NCBI GenBank assembly: GCA_964016885.1
Contig: OZ024744.1
Location: forward strand, 129,084,001-129,148,000
Reading direction: 5' to 3'
DNA: 64,000 nt
Source of the DNA: Eledone cirrhosa
Lineage: Eukaryota
Positions 60,601-64,000 of this stretch are shown in pieces. The notes under the pieces are model-generated. The model did no database searches, was not told the origin of the DNA, and was given only the letters and a program-made list of their open reading frames with translations. The stretch's first letter is position 1, and each line of letters starts with the position of its first letter. The translations under genes and the position numbers were made by a program.

Positions 60601-63600
60601 AAGTTAAGTTTGGGTTAAGGTTGGGGTTAAATTAAGTTGGGGTTAAGTTAAGTTGGGGTTAAGTTAAGTTGGGGTTAAGTTAAGTTGGGGTTAAGTTAAG
60701 TTGGGGTTAAGTTAAGTTGGGGTTAAGTTAAGTTGGTGTTAAGTTAAGTTGGGGCTGAGTTAAGTTGGGGCTAAGTTAAGTTGGGTCTAAGTTAAGTTGG
60801 GGTTAAGTTAAGTTGGGGTTAAGTTAAGTTGGTGTTAAATTAAGTTGGGGTTAAATTAAGTTGGTGTTAAGTTAAGTCGGGGTTAAGTTAAGTTGGGGTT
60901 AATTAAGTTGGGGTTAAGTTAAGTTGGGGTTAAGTTAATTGGTGTTAAATTAAGTTAGGGTTGAGTTAAGTTGGGGTTAAGTTAAGTTGGGGTTATATTA
61001 AGTTGGGGTTAAGTTAAGTTGGGGTTAAGTAAAGTTGGGGTTCAGTTAAGTTGCGGTTAAGTTAAGTTGGGGTTAAGTTAAGTTAGGCTTAACTTAAGTT
61101 GGGGTTAAGTTAAGTTGTGGGTGAGTTAAGTTGGGGGTAAGTTAAGTTGGGGTTAAGTTAAGTTGGGGTTAAGTTGGGGTTAAGTTAATTTAGGGTTAAG
61201 TTAAGTTGGGGTTGAGTTAAGTTGGGGTTAAGTTAAGTGGTGGTTATGTTAAGTTGGGGTTAAGTTAAGTTGGGGTTAATTTAAATTGGGGTTAATTTAA
61301 CTTTGTGGTCAAGTTAATTTGGGGTTAATTTAAGTTGGGGTTAAGTTAAGTTGGGGTTAATTTAATTTGTGGTTAAGTTAAGTTGGGGTTAAGTTAAGTT
61401 GGGGTTGAGTTAAGCTGGGGTTAGGTTAAGTTGGGGTTAAAATAAGTTGGGGTTAAGTTAAGTTGGGGTTGAGTTAAGTTGGGGTTGAGTTAATTTGGGG
61501 TTAAGTTAAGTTGGGGTTAACTTAAGTTGGGTTTAATTTAAGTTGGGGTTAAGTTAAGTTGGGGTTATAATTAAGTTGGGGTTAAGTTAAGTTGGGGGTA
61601 AGATAAGTTGGGGTTAGTTAAGTTGCGGTTAAGTTAAGTTGGGGTTAAGTTAAGTTGGGGTTAAGTTAAGTTGGGGTTAATTTAAGTTGGGGTAAAGTTA
61701 AGTTGGGGGTAAGTTAAGTTGGGGTTAAGTTAAGTTGGGGTTAAGTTAAGTTAGGGTTAACTTAAGTTGGGGTTGTGTTAAGTGGTGCTTATGTTAAGTG
61801 GTGGTTATGTTAAGTTGGGGTTAAGTTAAGTTGGGGTTAAGTTAAATTGGGGTTAAGTTAAGTTGCGGTTAAGTTAAGTTGGGGTTAAGTTAAGTTGGGG
61901 TTAAGTTAATTAGGGTTAAGTTAAGTTGGGGTTAAGTTAAGTTGGGGTTAAGTTAAGTTGGGGTTAAGTTAATTTGTGGTTAAGTTAAGTTGGGGTTAAG
62001 TTAAGTTGGGGTTAAGTTAAGTTGGGGATAAGTTAAGTTGAGGATAAGTTAAGTTGGGGTTAATTAAGTTGGGTTTAAGTTAAGTTGGGGTTAAGTTAAG
62101 TTGGGGTTAAGTTAAGTTGGGGTTAAGTTAAGTTGGTTAGTTAAGTTGAGTTTAAGTTAAGTTGGGGTTAATTTAAGTTGGGGTTAAGTTAAGTTGGGGT
62201 TAAGTTAATTTGGGGTTAAGTTAAGTTGGGGTTCAGTTAAGTTGGGGTTAAGTTAAGTTGGGGTTAAGTTGGGGTAAAATTAAGTTGGGGTTAATTTAAG
62301 TTGCGGTTAAGTTAAAATGAGGTTAAGTTAAGTTGGGGTTAAGTTAAGTTGGGGTTAAGTTAAGTTGGGGCTAAGTTAAGTTGGGGTTAAGTTAACTTTG
62401 GGTTAAGTTAAGTTGGGTTTGAGTTAAGTTGGGGTTAATTAAGTTGGGGTTAAGTTAAGTTGGGGTTAAGTTAAGTTGGGGTTAAGTTAAGTTGATGTTA
62501 AGTTAAGTTGGGGTTAATTTAAGTTGGGGTTAAGTTAAGTTGGGGCTAAGTTAAGTTGGAGCTAAGTTAAGTTGGGGCTAAGTTAAGTTGGGGTTAAGTT
62601 AAGTTGGGGTTAAGTTAAGGTGGGGTTAAGTTAAGTTGGGGTCAACTTAAGTTGGGGTTAAGTTAAGTTGGGGTTAACTTAAGTTGGGGTTAAGTTAAGT
62701 TGGGGTTAAGTTAAGTTGGGGTTAAGTTAAGTTGGGGTTACGTTAAGTTGGGGGTAAGTTAAGTTGGTGGTAAGTTAAGTTGGGGGTAAGTTAAGATGGG
62801 GTTAAGTTAGGGTTAACTTAAGTTAGGGTTAAGTTAATTTGGGGTTGAGTTAAGTTGGGGTTAAGTTAAGTGGTGGTTATGTTAAGTTGGGGTTAAGTTA
62901 AGTTGGGGTTAATTTAAATTGGGGTTAATTTAAATTTGTTGTTAAGTTAAGTTGGGGTTAATTTAAGTTGGGGTTAAGTTAAGTTGGGGTTGAGTTAAGT
63001 TGGGGTTGAGTGAAGTTGGGGTTAAGTTAAGTTGGGGTTAAGTTAAGTTGGGGTTGAGTTAAGTTGGGGTTAATTTAAGTTTGGGCTAAGTTCATTTGGG
63101 GTTCAGTTAAGTTGGGGTTAAATTAAGTTGGGGTTAAGTTAAGTTGGGGTTAAGTTAAGTTGGGGTTAAGTTAAGTTGGGGTTAAGTTAATTTGGGGTTA
63201 AGTGAAGTTAGGGTTAAGTTAAGTTGGGGTTGAGTTAAGTTGGGGGTAAGTTAAGTTGGGGTTATGTTAAGTTGGGGTTACGTTAAGTTGGGTTTAAGTT
63301 AAGTTGGGGTTAAGTTAAGTTGGGGTTATGTTAAGTTGGGGTTAATTTAAGTTGGGGTTAAGTTAAGTTGGGATTAATTTAAGTTGGGGTTAAGTTAAGT
63401 TGGGGTTAAGTTAAGTTGGGGTTAAATTAAGTTGGGGTTAAGTTAAGTTGGGGTTAAGTTAAGTTGGGGTTAAGTTAATTTGGGGTTAAGTTAAGTTAGG
63501 GTAAAGTTAAGTTGGGGTTGAGTTAAGTTGGGGTAAGTTAAGTTGGGGTTAAGTTAAGTTGGGGTTAAGTTAAGTTGGGGTTAAGTTAAGTTAGGCTTAA

Positions 63601-64000
63601 CTTAAGTTGGGGTTAAGTTAAGTTGGGGGTGAGTTAAGTTGGGGGTAAGTTAAGTTGGGGTTAAGTTAAGTTGGGGTTAAGTTGGGGTTAAGTTAAGTTA
63701 GGGTTAAGTTAATTTGGGGTTGAGTTAAGTTGGGGTTCAGTTAAGTGGTGGTTATGTTAAGTTGGGGTTAAGTTAAGTTGGGGTTAATTTAAATTGGGGT
63801 TAATTTAAATTTGTTGTTAAGTTAAGTTGGGGTTAATTTAAGTTGGGGTTAAGTTAAGTTGGGGTTGAGTTAAGTTGTGGTTGAGTGAAGTTGGGGTTAA
63901 GTTAAGTGGTGGTTATGTTAAGTTGGGGTTAAGTTAAGTTGGGGTTAATTTAAATTGGGGTTAATTTAAATTTGTTGTTAAGTTAAGTTGGGGTTAATTT

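Larger units (their letters stand above)
58268..64000 (+). repeat. 16-bp satellite block 6 (two inverted patches); runs off the window end
   Basis: Near-identical variant order to 46752 through ~52470, at offset 11516-11532. Confidence 0.98.

Noticed and set aside
1-64000. Variants as random sequencing noise
   Set aside because: Variants recur in identical order across kilobase-scale copies, which random error would not produce. Copy number still needs read-level validation.

Overview
The window contains no genes. It is entirely a eukaryotic-type composite tandem-repeat array. About 80% is a G-rich, strand-asymmetric, telomere-like 16-bp satellite, (TTAAGTTAAGTTGGGG)n, whose point variants recur in fixed order and form nested higher-order repeats of about 0.7, 0.88, 1.3, 4.2, 5.6, 7.4-7.7 and 11.5 kb. 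Five copies of a 2.2-2.9 kb AT-rich island interrupt the satellite, all with identical junctions. Each island has a core of ~280-360 bp fold-back units, flanked by arrays of a ~37-bp repeat carrying the perfect palindrome AGGTTTTTCGAAAAACCT. Six copies of a 213-bp inverted, C-rich patch appear to be fold-back copies of their own flanks. Near 36.1 kb there is a site where the island has been deleted. The single ORF in the track is spurious. The organisation suggests recombination or template-copying maintenance of a telomeric, subtelomeric or centromeric array. The organism and chromosomal position cannot be determined from this window. Coordinates and periods were counted by eye.
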